This document shows positions 49,595 through 60,900 of a stretch of 64,000 bases of DNA, one piece after another (the first letter of the stretch is position 1; each line of letters starts with the position of its first letter). The translations under genes and the position numbers were made by a program. The stretch comes from Fervidicoccaceae archaeon (GTDB lineage: Archaea > Thermoproteota > Thermoprotei_A > Sulfolobales > Fervidicoccaceae): the NCBI GenBank assembly GCA_038734945.1, contig JAVYOA010000009.1:124001-188000 (forward strand), read 5' to 3'. Under the pieces are notes generated by a model. It was not told the DNA's origin, ran no database searches, and saw only the letters and a list, made by a program, of their open reading frames with translations.

Positions 49595-49784
49595 CGCGCC
49601 AATAGCTTCCTTTATTTTCATTGATATCCACCTTTTAAGATGGATATATGTATTTGTGATTTTAAACGATCATATTTAAATTTTTTAAAAAATTAAAAAT
49701 GAAAGATATAGAGACTAGCAAGTTCCAGCAAGTTCTACATAACAGAAAAGCCACAAATAGATGTTAAAACAATGAAATTATAAG

Positions 49785-50750
49785 TTATATCATTAAAATT
49801 CTGAGCAGATACCATATATATCCCAATATACCGAGAGGTGCTGTTACACCGAAATATCCGAACCAGATAGCAACGGATTCAATAGGAGAAACAATAAGAG
49901 CAATTTCGATAGCAGCAGTTGAGGCACGATCGAGGGTATACGCTCCTAGAGCCATGGCAAGTCCTGGATAGAAAGTTCCATAGAGTGCCTTCTCACCCAC
50001 AATCGCGCTTATTCCCTCATCGTCTCTGTTTTTTATTATAAAGAGCAATCCAACAATGGACTCAGGTACAACAGTAGCTAATGGAACGATTAAGACTGAG
50101 AGGGCAGTTTCACTCAATTGAACGATTTTTCCCAGCTGCACTATGCCTCCAATCATCATTTCTCCTCCAAAATAGAGGACAAAAACTGAGGTAACTATCT
50201 GCAGGAGGGGCATTCTCAGTTTTAAGAGAGGTTCCTCCTTCAGCGATGTTTTTCCTCTCATCATAAAATATGAATAGATGAAGTATATTGCTATCAATCC
50301 AATTCCATAAATCCTCCCATAAATTCCATGAGTTTCTGGATGAAGAAACAATATAGGGATGAGAGGAATCGTAAAAGCAATTAGAGGAACTGCTACAAAC
50401 CTGTGAACTCTTATGGTCCTAGTTGTCCTTCTCCTCAGATAATAAGCAGCTATAGCTACAGCTACCACAGTTGGATAAATAATTGTGCTCGCCATAAATG
50501 GCTGGGCAACTATGGTCCCCCAAGCAACATTTTTCTCACCTCTTAACAAAGCTAATGAGAAAATAGCCATTTCAGGCGCGGAAGTGAAAATCGGAGCGAG
50601 AATCATTGCTATGCTGGCACTTGATCTGTTTATTTTCCATGAAAGCCAATCTACCAACTCCTCTATTAGAATCCCAGAAAAAACTACTAGCCCTATGCCC
50701 AGAAAAATCTCAAGAAAAGCTTCAAGCAGGGTCATCGCCTTCAACTCCAT
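49785..50750 (-). CDS. Na+/Ca2+ exchanger (CaCA) family protein
   Basis: Two alpha repeats, PIFTSAPE and PLATVVPE; hydrophobic. Confidence 0.8.
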   Translation of the reverse strand: MELKAMTLLEAFLEIFLGIGLVVFSGILIEELVDWLSWKINRSSASIAMILAPIFTSAPEMAIFSLALLRGEKNVAWGTIVAQPFMASTIIYPTVVAVAIAAYYLRRRTTRTIRVHRFVAVPLIAFTIPLIPILFLHPETHGIYGRIYGIGLIAIYFIYSYFMMRGKTSLKEEPLLKLRMPLLQIVTSVFVLYFGGEMMIGGIVQLGKIVQLSETALSVLIVPLATVVPESIVGLLFIIKNRDDEGISAIVGEKALYGTFYPGLAMALGAYTLDRASTAAIEIALIVSPIESVAIWFGYFGVTAPLGILGYIWYLLRILMI

Positions 50751-52873
50751 CCATGGAAAATCGATTTAAACTCCTCAACTGAGAAGGAACCTCTTTTGAA
50801 AACAAAAAACGGGAGGAAGATCCTCCTTCTAAATCTCTTAATGGATTCCCAGATAGTGTAGCTGAATACTACTACTCCGACTTCTCCCTCGGTTTTTCTC
50901 AGTTCTTCGAGCTTAGCAAGTATTTCCTTTCTATTTCTTGGATCAACAACCGTTACAGAAACCTCCTTATCTGGGAAAATTTCTTTCAATCTGTCAGCTA
51001 TGTTTGTTTCGTTCTCACTAGCAAGCACTATTAGGCTCTTCGCTTTATTGTAGGAAACGAATGGATATTCTGTATTGACAAGAATTAGATCGCAACCAGA
51101 AATGGGCACTCCTGAAATACCGCCCGAGGGGAGAGTTAGTCTTGTAACAACTCTTCTCTCATCTTCAACGTCAGCAATCAAGAGGTCAATTTTCTCCTGC
51201 TCAGTTGATGCCAGAAGAGCATCAGGTATTGAATGCGTAACCCTTATAATGAACCTGCTAGGTATTCCTATATCGTTTAAGTGATCTGTTATATCCTTAA
51301 GCGGTTTAGCATCCCTCTCCATTAGCTTCGTTCCAAAGACGAGGGGGGTTTGTTCAGGCATCTTTATCAGATGAAGAATATTTATTTCACCGTTCTTTTC
51401 CTTAGCTATCTGCGCCGCTATCTGTATTATTCCCATTTTCCTCGTTGCAGGATGAAGAACCATTATTCTATAATCTCTTCTGAGAAGGCTTCCATGTCCC
51501 ATTATCAATGGAAGTTCGTGCTCGACTTCATATTTGAAAATAAAACCTTTGTATAGGAAAATGCCTAATGCTACAAGCCCCAGTGTTATTAGAGTTGCTA
51601 TCGGGCTCAAAACTAGGGCAGCAAAGAAGAAAAAAAGCTTCACTAATAGTCCTGCAAGAGGTATGAATGGGAAAAACGGCGTTTTGAAACCGTAGTTCAG
51701 CTTGTTTTGGTACATGAGCCTTAGCTTTATGCCAGAGTAATTCACAATGATAAAAAGCAAATTGAAGAGTATTCCTACGATAAAAGCTGAGATAACAACA
51801 TCCATGAAGAAGGACATCACTGACATAGCTATGGAGGAAAAAAGGATAGCGTTGGCAGGAGTTCTATGTTTCTCATGTATTTCAGCGAAGAACTTCGGGA
51901 ATTCTCCAGCTCTTGCCATTGCTAGTAGGACTCTCGATGAGGAAAACATAGTAGAGTTTATAGAAGAGAGGACAGTCGCTAAACCCCCAAATGCTATTAT
52001 TGGGGCACCAAAGCTGAAAAGTAAGGAGGCTGCCTGCATAACTGTTCTATCGCTGTGCTTGAGCGAAAAAGGATAAGCATTTTTCCCAAGGATACCCAAA
52101 GTGGCTATTGTTACAAGCAGATAGAGAAATGTAGCAAAAAGTAGGGTAAGCAGAATAGCTCTTGGAAGGCTCTTGAGAGGTGACTTTGCCTCTTCTGCTG
52201 TTTGAGCCAGTATCTCATATCCTTCAAAAGCAATGACCACTGTTATCATGGCAATGAATATAGATGGAATATTTGTAAACCGAATACTATCAAAAATCGC
52301 TGAGCTCAGGTCCCCCGTAGCTATTCCTCTGTAGGTTCCGAGAATTCCGTATGTGAGAATGATTGCTGTAAAAAACAATCCAATTGATACTGAGAACCAC
52401 CCAACTCTAGAAGTTCCACTATAATTCAAATAGGAAAATACAAATATCAATAGTATGGAAACCAATCGTTCAAACAAATATGGATTTAGAGCTAACGGTA
52501 TGCCCATACTCTGGAGAAATTGAGCGAGCATAACAGCGAAGGATAAAGCATAAAACGTTCCAGCCATTGTATGCGCCAACCAATTTATCCATCCAGCAAA
52601 GAAGGGAATAGGCCTGGGAGTTGTAAGCTTTGCCCAAAGATAACCTCCTCCTACTTCTGGGATAGCAGAAGTTATTTCAGTATAAACGAGGGCCGTAAGA
52701 AGAGCAATTAAGGAACTGAAGCACAAAGTTAGAATTGCTCCAAGCGTGCCGCTCATGGCTATTGTGGGACCTATAAGCACTACTATTGATCCTCCTATAA
52801 TAGCGCCCAGACCAATAAAGAATGTGTGCAGGAAGCCCAAAGAGCGAAGCAATCTGTATCGTTTCTTTGACAA
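50741..52873 (-). CDS. APC-family amino acid permease with C-terminal USP-like domain
   Basis: GAIIGGS, PEVGGGY, AFEGYE..AEE, SRVLLAMARAG; soluble C-terminal third. Confidence 0.87.
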   Translation of the reverse strand: MSKKRYRLLRSLGFLHTFFIGLGAIIGGSIVVLIGPTIAMSGTLGAILTLCFSSLIALLTALVYTEITSAIPEVGGGYLWAKLTTPRPIPFFAGWINWLAHTMAGTFYALSFAVMLAQFLQSMGIPLALNPYLFERLVSILLIFVFSYLNYSGTSRVGWFSVSIGLFFTAIILTYGILGTYRGIATGDLSSAIFDSIRFTNIPSIFIAMITVVIAFEGYEILAQTAEEAKSPLKSLPRAILLTLLFATFLYLLVTIATLGILGKNAYPFSLKHSDRTVMQAASLLFSFGAPIIAFGGLATVLSSINSTMFSSSRVLLAMARAGEFPKFFAEIHEKHRTPANAILFSSIAMSVMSFFMDVVISAFIVGILFNLLFIIVNYSGIKLRLMYQNKLNYGFKTPFFPFIPLAGLLVKLFFFFAALVLSPIATLITLGLVALGIFLYKGFIFKYEVEHELPLIMGHGSLLRRDYRIMVLHPATRKMGIIQIAAQIAKEKNGEINILHLIKMPEQTPLVFGTKLMERDAKPLKDITDHLNDIGIPSRFIIRVTHSIPDALLASTEQEKIDLLIADVEDERRVVTRLTLPSGGISGVPISGCDLILVNTEYPFVSYNKAKSLIVLASENETNIADRLKEIFPDKEVSVTVVDPRNRKEILAKLEELRKTEGEVGVVVFSYTIWESIKRFRRRIFLPFFVFKRGSFSVEEFKSIFHGWS

Positions 52874-53138
52874 CTGTCTTGTTCACCTCAATTAGATAAC
52901 CACAACTTTATTTTTCTCATTTCTTCAACTTCGACAAACTAACAATTTTAGTTATTTAACATGGACAGCTAAATAACCTTTTCATTTTTTTCTTAAGAAT
53001 AAAGTTCTTTTTTCTACTGAAACGAATTAATTTCAATTATAATTCATATCATTAAAATATTTGTTGTACTGATATATTAAAAGAAGAAAGTTATAAATAT
53101 CGGTTTATACTTTTTTATTATGTAGAAAGTGATGAAAT

Positions 53139-54407
53139 ATGTCAACATATCTTCAATGGATGTCACAGGTTCTCAGAGAGGCAATATCTATAGCAAACCT
53201 TCCATCAGAGCTTCACGACTTAATATTCAAACCAGAAAGAGTAATTTCGGTTAAGATACCTGTAAAGATGGATAGTGGAAAAATTGTTGTTTTCGAGGGA
53301 TATAGAGTTCAGCACAACAGCGTCTTGGGCCCATACAAAGGAGGCATAAGATTTCATCCGGAGGTGACGCTGGAAACAGACATGGCATTGGCCTTGGGAA
53401 TGACCCTGAAGAACAGCTTAGCTAATATACCGTACGGAGGTGGAAAGGGAGCAGTAAAGGTCGATCCTACAAAGTTAAGCCAAAGAGAGCTCGAGGAGCT
53501 CAGCAGGGGTTATGTAAGGGCTCTTCACCCCTTCATTGGTCCCGAAATAGATATACCAGCCCCAGATGTCAATACAAATCCTCAGGTAATGGCTTGGATG
53601 GTGGACGAATATAGCAAAATAACGGGTAGAAACGTACCGGGAGTCTTCACCGGCAAACCTCCAGAGCTTTGGGGCAACCAGGCAAGAATATATTCAACGG
53701 GCTTTGGAGTCGCTGTTATAGCTAAATCAGCCATGGACGAGATGATGGGAGGAATTGAGGGTAAAAAAGTCGCCGTTCACGGTTTTGGAAACGTTGGAAG
53801 TTATGCCGCCTATTGGCTAGCAAAGGAGGGTGCCAAAGTTGTAGCAATTTCAAATATATATGGAAGCGTATATGATCCGCAAGGTATAGATATAGAACTA
53901 GCAATGAGCAGACCGGAAGTTCTGAGAGATGTGAGATATTACCCAAGAGGGGAAAAGTTCAATGATACAGATGTCCCTCTCTATGCTGATGCTGACATTC
54001 TAGTGCCTGCCTCGCTGGAGAACGTAATAACTCCGGAAAAGGTTCCAAGGATTAAAGCAAGGCTGATTGTTGAGGGAGCCAATGGACCAACTATGCCAGA
54101 GGCAGAGAAACTCCTATATTCACGAAAGGACTTTCTAGCAGTGATCCCAGATATACTTGCTAATTCTGGTGGAGTGATAGCTTCCTATCTGGAATGGGTG
54201 CAGAATCTTAGCTGGTTAAACTGGAGCGAAGAAGAAACAAGAGAAAGGCTTAGAGCAATAATGCTCGACAATTTCAAGAGAGTTATGAACGCATGGAAAA
54301 GGTTCAGAGAAAGCAATCCAGACAAACTGGTAACAATGAGAGATGCTTCGTTTGCTCTATCTGTTGAAAGGCTGTATAAAGTGATGAAGCTTAGGGGTCA
54401 TATTTAA
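53139..54407 (+). CDS. gdhA: Glutamate dehydrogenase (Glu/Leu/Phe/Val family)
   Basis: GYRVQH, GPYKGGIRFHP, YGGGKG, DIPAPDV, GFGNVG, EGANGP, PDILANSGGV. Confidence 0.95.
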   Translation: MSTYLQWMSQVLREAISIANLPSELHDLIFKPERVISVKIPVKMDSGKIVVFEGYRVQHNSVLGPYKGGIRFHPEVTLETDMALALGMTLKNSLANIPYGGGKGAVKVDPTKLSQRELEELSRGYVRALHPFIGPEIDIPAPDVNTNPQVMAWMVDEYSKITGRNVPGVFTGKPPELWGNQARIYSTGFGVAVIAKSAMDEMMGGIEGKKVAVHGFGNVGSYAAYWLAKEGAKVVAISNIYGSVYDPQGIDIELAMSRPEVLRDVRYYPRGEKFNDTDVPLYADADILVPASLENVITPEKVPRIKARLIVEGANGPTMPEAEKLLYSRKDFLAVIPDILANSGGVIASYLEWVQNLSWLNWSEEETRERLRAIMLDNFKRVMNAWKRFRESNPDKLVTMRDASFALSVERLYKVMKLRGHI

Positions 54408-54462
54408 TACTGAATAAGCTGAGATTTTCTCTTGAAAACTAAGATAGACCGAATCCTCTTTT

Positions 54463-54497
54463 TCTGTTTTAAAGCGATTTAAAACGGAGCCTTTTTT
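54463..54497 (+). terminator. Hairpin plus T tract downstream of gdhA
   Basis: TCTGTTTTAAA-GCGA-TTTAAAACGGA followed by GCCTTTTTT. Confidence 0.45.
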
Positions 54498-54625
54498 ATA
54501 AAAAGAGAAGTTCAGATAAGAATTGAGAAGTTATTCGGAGTGGTTGCCAGTCCACGAACTTTTATATACTTTCTTGGTTATGCTCTATATCTATGAGCAG
54601 TTTGACAATGAATTGGTGATCTGAG

Positions 54626-55831
54626 ATGAGAACAGAGACTGGGCTATTACTTGCTATTATTTTGGCTATCCAACTTCTCGCTTTGCCCATAGTGACTTTA
54701 GCAGCTCCTGCAGTGCCTTCGGAAGTAACCTTTTATGAATTTGGTCAAAGCACATGCCCCCATTGCACTGCACTTCTCAATCTCTTCGCTCAGAATTTTC
54801 CCAACAATACATACTTTTGCGATATAGCGACTAGTCAGTCCTGCTTAGTAAGATTTTACTCTTGGACCAACTTTTCCGGCTTTCCCCTCAGCGTTCCTCA
54901 AACATTTGTTATATACAACAATACTTATATTCTCGGCATAGTTCTCGGAGAAGTTGAAAATGTGACATTTTGGAGCAACATAGCAAATTCCAAGCCAAGT
55001 GAAACCCAATTCCCAGTTTACATCGGGGATACGCTTTGGGGGTATATAAATGGCTCTTCCGTTGCTCAGAAGTTTATCATCGATACGTTTCTGTATCCTG
55101 CTCACTCAGTGACTACCACGCAACCTCCCTCAAGCACAACAGCCCAAACAGGAGAAGGCATCAGCTATAGAAGCTTTCTAGCGACACTTGCTTCTCTTGC
55201 TGTCACTGATGCTGTAAATATCTGTGTGATATCAATCTATACACTTCTACTGATAACTATAGCTACAAGGAAATCCAAGACGAAGGCAGCTCTATCAGGA
55301 CTCATGTTTACCCTTGGAGTTTTCTTTGGTTATATTTTGCTAGGACTTGGGCTGCTCAAGGTGATTTCCTCCTTTGGAGGAGTACCATCACAAATAATGA
55401 GATATATTCTCATTGCATACGGCTTCCTTCTCTTGGCAACTTCAATATATTCTCAGATTAGAAAAATGAAATGCAAAGTGTGCAGGGAGGAAGAAGGATT
55501 TCTTGGAAAATTGTTTTCAGTTGGAAGATGGGCAGAGAAATCTCCAGCTCTTCACTTCATATTTGGTCTAATTCTCTCAATTGCTCTTATTCCATGTTCT
55601 GCAGGCCCATATGTGGTATTTCTTGCCATGCTTTCCAGCATATCAGGAGTGGCTAAGCTACTCTACCTTTTAGCATATGTAATGATTTTTGTCGCTCCTC
55701 TGTTTATTTTCCTTGAAATCGTTGTGCTAACGATGAGAGCAATACCTCAGGAAAAAGTTTCTCTCGTTCGTAACATAGTTGCTCTAATAGCAGGGATCCT
55801 TCTAATTATAGTTGCTCTTGGACTCATTTAA
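54626..55831 (+). CDS. Thioredoxin-like (CPHC) domain fused to a CcdA/DsbD-type membrane domain
   Basis: Signal peptide, TCPHC, DAVNIC, LIPCSAGPY. Confidence 0.8.
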   Translation: MRTETGLLLAIILAIQLLALPIVTLAAPAVPSEVTFYEFGQSTCPHCTALLNLFAQNFPNNTYFCDIATSQSCLVRFYSWTNFSGFPLSVPQTFVIYNNTYILGIVLGEVENVTFWSNIANSKPSETQFPVYIGDTLWGYINGSSVAQKFIIDTFLYPAHSVTTTQPPSSTTAQTGEGISYRSFLATLASLAVTDAVNICVISIYTLLLITIATRKSKTKAALSGLMFTLGVFFGYILLGLGLLKVISSFGGVPSQIMRYILIAYGFLLLATSIYSQIRKMKCKVCREEEGFLGKLFSVGRWAEKSPALHFIFGLILSIALIPCSAGPYVVFLAMLSSISGVAKLLYLLAYVMIFVAPLFIFLEIVVLTMRAIPQEKVSLVRNIVALIAGILLIIVALGLI

Positions 55832-55852
55832 ACACTCGAGAGGAGGTAGAGA

Positions 55853-56869
55853 ATGGAAATCAACCTCAAATTGAACGAGTCCCCTTTTCCTCCTTCGCCT
55901 CTGTCAATTCAAATGGCTATGAACTATATCAGCAGCTCAAACAGATATGAAATAGAGGAGCTGAGAGAAAATCTTATTGAAGAGCTAGCAAAGTACAGCG
56001 GCGTAGATAAAGAAATGATAGAAATTTTTCCTGGTTCATCCTATCAGCTACTTCTTTCACTTATCTATGCTAAGGTCAACACATTACAATTCATTGCACC
56101 TTTTCCCACTTTTCATGTTATGTATGATTTGGCTGAGGTCTACAAGGTTGATATGAAGGATGTGGAACTCGAGGGAGAAAACTATACATTGCCGGTGGAG
56201 AGACTAATAGAGAATTCGAAGGGTTCAATCGTATACATATCCAATCCAAATAATCCAACATCCAACATTCTTTTGGAGGATGAAGGGATTGTAAGGAAGC
56301 TGAGCAAGTACGCAAAACTTCTAATACTTGATGAAGCGTATTATGAGTTCTCTAGATTGACTTTTTCTCAATTGGCTTACGAATTAGAAAACATCATGAT
56401 CGTTAGAACACTCTCAAAAGCCTTCAGCATTGCTGGTGCCAGAATAGGATATACTATTTCTAATAAGCATGTTAAGGAAACGATAAACAGCATGAGAGTA
56501 GGATATGAAGTCCCCATTGTCTCACAGGCAATGGCACTTGGAGCCCTGAGGGACTTGGAGTATATGAGGAAAAACGTTGACTCGATAATTTCAACTAGAG
56601 ACTTTATCAGAGAAAAGCTCTTGGAGAGGGGGATTTGGTCTCCAAAGAGCTATACCAACTTTTTGCTTATTGACTTGCCCTTTGAATGCAGCACTGTGGA
56701 AAGAGAACTGAAGAGAAGCGGAATAGAAGTTCTATGTCTATCAGATGTAAAGAAATTCAGAGCAAAGTTCTCAAAAAAGATGAGAGTCACGGTAGGAAGC
56801 AGAGAAGAAATGGAAATATTTCTAGAAAAAATAACTGAGATTACTTCAAACAGGAACGGAAGGCTGTGA
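55853..56869 (+). CDS. HisC-family PLP aminotransferase (class I/II)
   Basis: LNESPF, SNPNNPT, LDEAYYEF, RTLSKAFSIAGARIGY. Confidence 0.88.
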   Translation: MEINLKLNESPFPPSPLSIQMAMNYISSSNRYEIEELRENLIEELAKYSGVDKEMIEIFPGSSYQLLLSLIYAKVNTLQFIAPFPTFHVMYDLAEVYKVDMKDVELEGENYTLPVERLIENSKGSIVYISNPNNPTSNILLEDEGIVRKLSKYAKLLILDEAYYEFSRLTFSQLAYELENIMIVRTLSKAFSIAGARIGYTISNKHVKETINSMRVGYEVPIVSQAMALGALRDLEYMRKNVDSIISTRDFIREKLLERGIWSPKSYTNFLLIDLPFECSTVERELKRSGIEVLCLSDVKKFRAKFSKKMRVTVGSREEMEIFLEKITEITSNRNGRL

Positions 56870-57403
56870 TGGCATCTGTGGAGAGCTCTTTGGAGGACTT
56901 AAGGAGAAGAAAGCAATTACAGTCAGGATCAGTGCTACGAATATTATCAACAATCCAATAAAGATTATGAGAAGAATAGCACCAATAAAATATAGCTTTC
57001 CAGCAGTCGAAAACATGGAGTTCCCAGTTTTTGTTGCTACTAATTCAAAGCTTCTCCTCAAAAATATGCTCGATACAATTGAGACTATCCAGAAAATGAT
57101 CAGCAGTGCGAGTATGCTGAGTATAATTGCCAGCTTTCCTATGAACATAGCTTGAAAAAAAGATGCCAATCCTATTATTGAGCCAATTATTAAACCTACA
57201 ATTGAAACGACTAGGAAATATAAAAAGTTGTTGAATATTGCTGGTTCCCTCACTTCATCGGAAATATATTTAATTGCGATGGCCATCATTATTAGACCTA
57301 CGATGGAGAACAATGAGAACTTTCCAAGAGCCCCCATTCCCCCCAGGAGAAACAGAAGAGACCCAATACCACCAATTATTTTAGCATCTTCAATTTTGCC
57401 CAT
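56846..57403 (-). CDS. DUF996 family membrane protein
   Basis: AKIIGGIGS start, F.TAG.LYFIGAIL. Confidence 0.8.
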   Translation of the reverse strand: MGKIEDAKIIGGIGSLLFLLGGMGALGKFSLFSIVGLIMMAIAIKYISDEVREPAIFNNFLYFLVVSIVGLIIGSIIGLASFFQAMFIGKLAIILSILALLIIFWIVSIVSSIFLRRSFELVATKTGNSMFSTAGKLYFIGAILLIIFIGLLIIFVALILTVIAFFSLSPPKSSPQMPSQPSVPV

Positions 57404-57513
57404 ATACTTTACCCAACAAATTAATTATATTCAAATAAATATTATCTTTGCGCTTTTGTTCTCTTTGTTGAAAAGAAAAAACTTATTGGCATTGCCCGGA
57501 ATCAGTAATAGCT

Positions 57514-57813
57514 TTACTGCTTTCTTCCGAGCTTTAGGGTTATCTCTATTGTACTGACTCTGCTAGTTCTATCCTGGCCCTGGACTACTTGGCTGCCGAT
57601 CTTTATGTCCTTGACTTCCACTTTTTCAGCCAGCAGCTTGTTTCTTATTATTTCGACCGCATCCACAGCCTTGCTTATAGCCCTTCCTCTTGCCTTCACT
57701 ACGACCTCATCAACTCCTTGGTTGAGGAGGGCCAGGACGGCCATCACGTAGTTCATTACAGGTTTCTTTCCAACAAGGATGACATTACTCGGGGTTGGAC
57801 CTTGTGCTGCCAT
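57514..57813 (-). CDS. albA: Chromatin protein Alba
   Basis: [30 protein letters not shown]. Confidence 0.96.
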   Translation of the reverse strand: MAAQGPTPSNVILVGKKPVMNYVMAVLALLNQGVDEVVVKARGRAISKAVDAVEIIRNKLLAEKVEVKDIKIGSQVVQGQDRTSRVSTIEITLKLGRKQ

Positions 57814-57986
57814 TTTTGTTCTCACCACAGTTTTTCGTTTTATCCAGTATAAGGAGATAAAACACGGTATTTAAAACTTCCTTCCCTTTCAGCGCTGCTA
57901 TGTATTAAGAAAATTACCTCGATCTTTTCCTTTAAAACGTTGCTCTTCTTTGAAAAGAGAAGCGATAGGATCGGAGAAAACTGACG

Positions 57987-60900
57987 TTGGGTGCTGAAGT
58001 TTTGGTTAAGGCTGTATATGCAAATTCATGTCCAAATTGTGGTGGCCCCATTTCATCAGTTAGACTTGCTATGGGACTGCCATGCTCTTCTTGCCTTCCA
58101 AGTATTGGGGAGGAAGAAGCGAAACATATATCCTTTCTTACTCCTGGAGAAAGATTCAAGCTTATTTCGAAGAAGATCTCGAGTACAGCGGAAGGAAGCT
58201 ATTCAATGCTTGCTGAACTCCATGAGGAGCTTGATCGCTTTGAAAGATTCTTCAAAAGGTGTGTTGGAAAAGAATTCTGGAGCCTTCAGAGAACTTGGGC
58301 ATACAGGATACTATCAGGAGACAGCTTTGCTATAACAGCACCCACTGGAGTAGGAAAAACCACCCTCCTACTTGTATACTCACTTTATGAAGCTTCCGAG
58401 GGAACAAGAGTCCTCATTTTGGTTCCAACAGAATCCTTGCTGAGGCAGTCACTTGAGAGGCTCCATACATTTTCAAGAACATTGGGCGCAGAGCTCAGAA
58501 TATTGGGTTATCTGAGTAAAGCTTCCAAGAGAGAAAAAGAAGAAAATATCAGGAAAATTGAAAGTGGAGACTTTGACATATTGATCACAACCACTAGCTT
58601 CCTTTCAAGAAAGTTCAACATACTTAAGAACAAACTTTTTGGTCTCATAGTGGTAGATGATGCAGATTCTCTACTCAAAGATTCTCTCAATGTAAACAGG
58701 GTTCTTGAACTCTCAGGTTTCAAGAGCGAGGAAATTGAAGCAGCGATGAGAGCAATAAAGCTTCGGAATGAGCTATATTTCCTCAAAGCAGCGGGAAGAG
58801 GCAGTGAGAAAATTGAGCAGATGGAGAGAGAGCTCGAGGAGCTCGAAATTCTCATTGCTAGGGCCAAAGGAGAAAGAGCTAGAGGGCAACTCCTAATATC
58901 CAGTGCTACTGGAAGACAATCAGGAATTAGACCTAAACTCTTCAAAGAGCTCCTAGGTTTTGAAATAGGAGGAATTCATGCCTATATGAGAAATGTGATT
59001 GATAGCTACGAGATCCAAGCAAGTAAAGAGAGCATGAAAAAGAGAATTCTGGATCTTGTTAGGGCTCTTGGGAGCGGAGGGCTAATTTTCATATCAAAGG
59101 ATGCAGGAACTTCTGAGGCCAAAGAATTAGCAAACTACCTCTTATCTAATGGAATAAAGGCTGATCTAGCGATTGCTGGAAAAAGCTCCATAGAAAAGCT
59201 AAGGAAGGGAGACGTCGACATACTTATTGGCATCTCGAGCTACTATGGAGTAGCTGTTAGAGGAGTGGATATTCCCGATAAAATCAAGTATGCTATATTT
59301 GTTGGAGTCCCTAAGAATAGAGTTCCACTGCGAAGCTCCCTGATTAGCCCAAGGAGGCTCCTTCAGGTTATCGCCTATTTATCAGACATAGATTCATCTA
59401 TAAAGGAATCATATATCAGTCTAGCACAGAGGCTTGCTAAGCTGACACCATCAGAAATAAATGTCCTAAGAATATCCCTCATGAATGGAAGCATAGATGC
59501 TTTAGGAGGATGGCTAAAGGAAATCGCTGAAGAAATAATGAAGGGAATTGAGAGTGTTGAGAAAGTCCTGAAAAACGTTATGAAAGTGGGAGATTACTTG
59601 AGCGTGGGAACTGCAATTATATTCAGAGAGAGCAGTGATGATTTTTACATGATAAATCCTGATCCCCTTACTTATATTCAGGCTAGTGGAAGAACCAGCA
59701 GATTTCTCGATGAAAAGATGACGTTGGGACTCAGCATAATACTAGAATCCGATATCAGGGTTCTAGAGGCTTTTCAGAGAAAAATGTCAATATTCTCCAG
59801 GTCCTTTGTCTTATCTCCTTTGAGCAAGCTTGACCTGGAAAAAATAAAAGAGCTTCTCGAGGAATCGAGAAAAGGAGGAAAAGGGATAAAGAGCTTTAGA
59901 CCGGCTAAATCTCTGCTCATGATAGTAGAATCACCCAACAAGGCAAGAACTATTGCCTGGTATTTCGGCAGACCATCAAGAAGAAAATTTGGAAGAATTA
60001 CTGCCTACGAAGTTCCAATAATCGATGAAGAAACCCTTGACACTTATCTGGTGACAATAGTAGCAACGAAGGGACATGTTTTCGATCTTCCAGTAAACGA
60101 TGGAATTGGGGCTTACGGAGTTATAGTGAAAGATGCAGATTTCGTTCCTGTCTATGCTCCAATAACCTTTTGCCTTTCCTGCAAAAAATCATTCTCCAGC
60201 ATTGAGCTGTCATGTCCTTATTGTGGAGAAAAGAACAAGTTAGTAAGATCGACTGAGATCATACAAGTATTGAGAAAGCTTTCCCTTGAAGCGGAGGAGG
60301 TGGTGATAGCAACAGATCCAGATGTCGAGGGTGAAAAAATAGCCTGGGACGTTTATCTGATGCTTAAGCCCTTCTCCAAGAAAATAAGCAGAGCTGAGTT
60401 TCATGAGATAACCCCGGATGCTATATTGAGATCTCTTAGGAATCTCAGAGAAGTAAATATCAGTAGAGTTTCTGCTCAGATAATGAGAAGGATAACCGAT
60501 AGGTGGATAGGCTTCCCCCTTTCTTCAATTTTAAAAGAAAAATATGGAAAGCCATGGCTGGGAGCAGGGAGAGTGCAGACCCCAGTACTTGGGTGGACAA
60601 TAAGCAGATATGCTGAGTGGAAAAGAGATAGGGGGTTCTTCATTAGAGCTAAAGGAGAAGCTGGTATAGAAGTTTCCTTCTTTAGAAAGAATAAAGAAGA
60701 AGCGGAAAATTTAGCAGCACTCATTGAAAGAAATGGGTATCTCGAAATAATTTCATGTGATAAAAAAACAGAGCAGATAAACCCCTTGCCTCCCTACACA
60801 ACTGATTCTCTCCTCTTCGATGCCAGCAGATCATTGGGATTGAGCTCAACAACGGCAATGAAGATACTACAGGATCTCTTCGAGGCAGGCCTAATTACTT

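Larger units (their letters stand above)
47281..49621 (-). pseudogene. cstA: Carbon starvation protein A (CstA) transporter, disrupted
   Basis: TPA..FDGIDY, GHHFAAIAGAGPI, LPVWYLLQPRDYLN, IACGALSGFHS, TTLD..RL; broken by a 41-bp insertion near the start, a 501-bp insertion and a frameshift at about 47481-47488. Confidence 0.88.

Noticed and set aside
49554..49631. GTG 49631 as the cstA start (MDINENK...)
   Set aside because: It reads through the inserted hairpin; ATG 49621 has the better RBS and is in frame once the 41 bp are removed.
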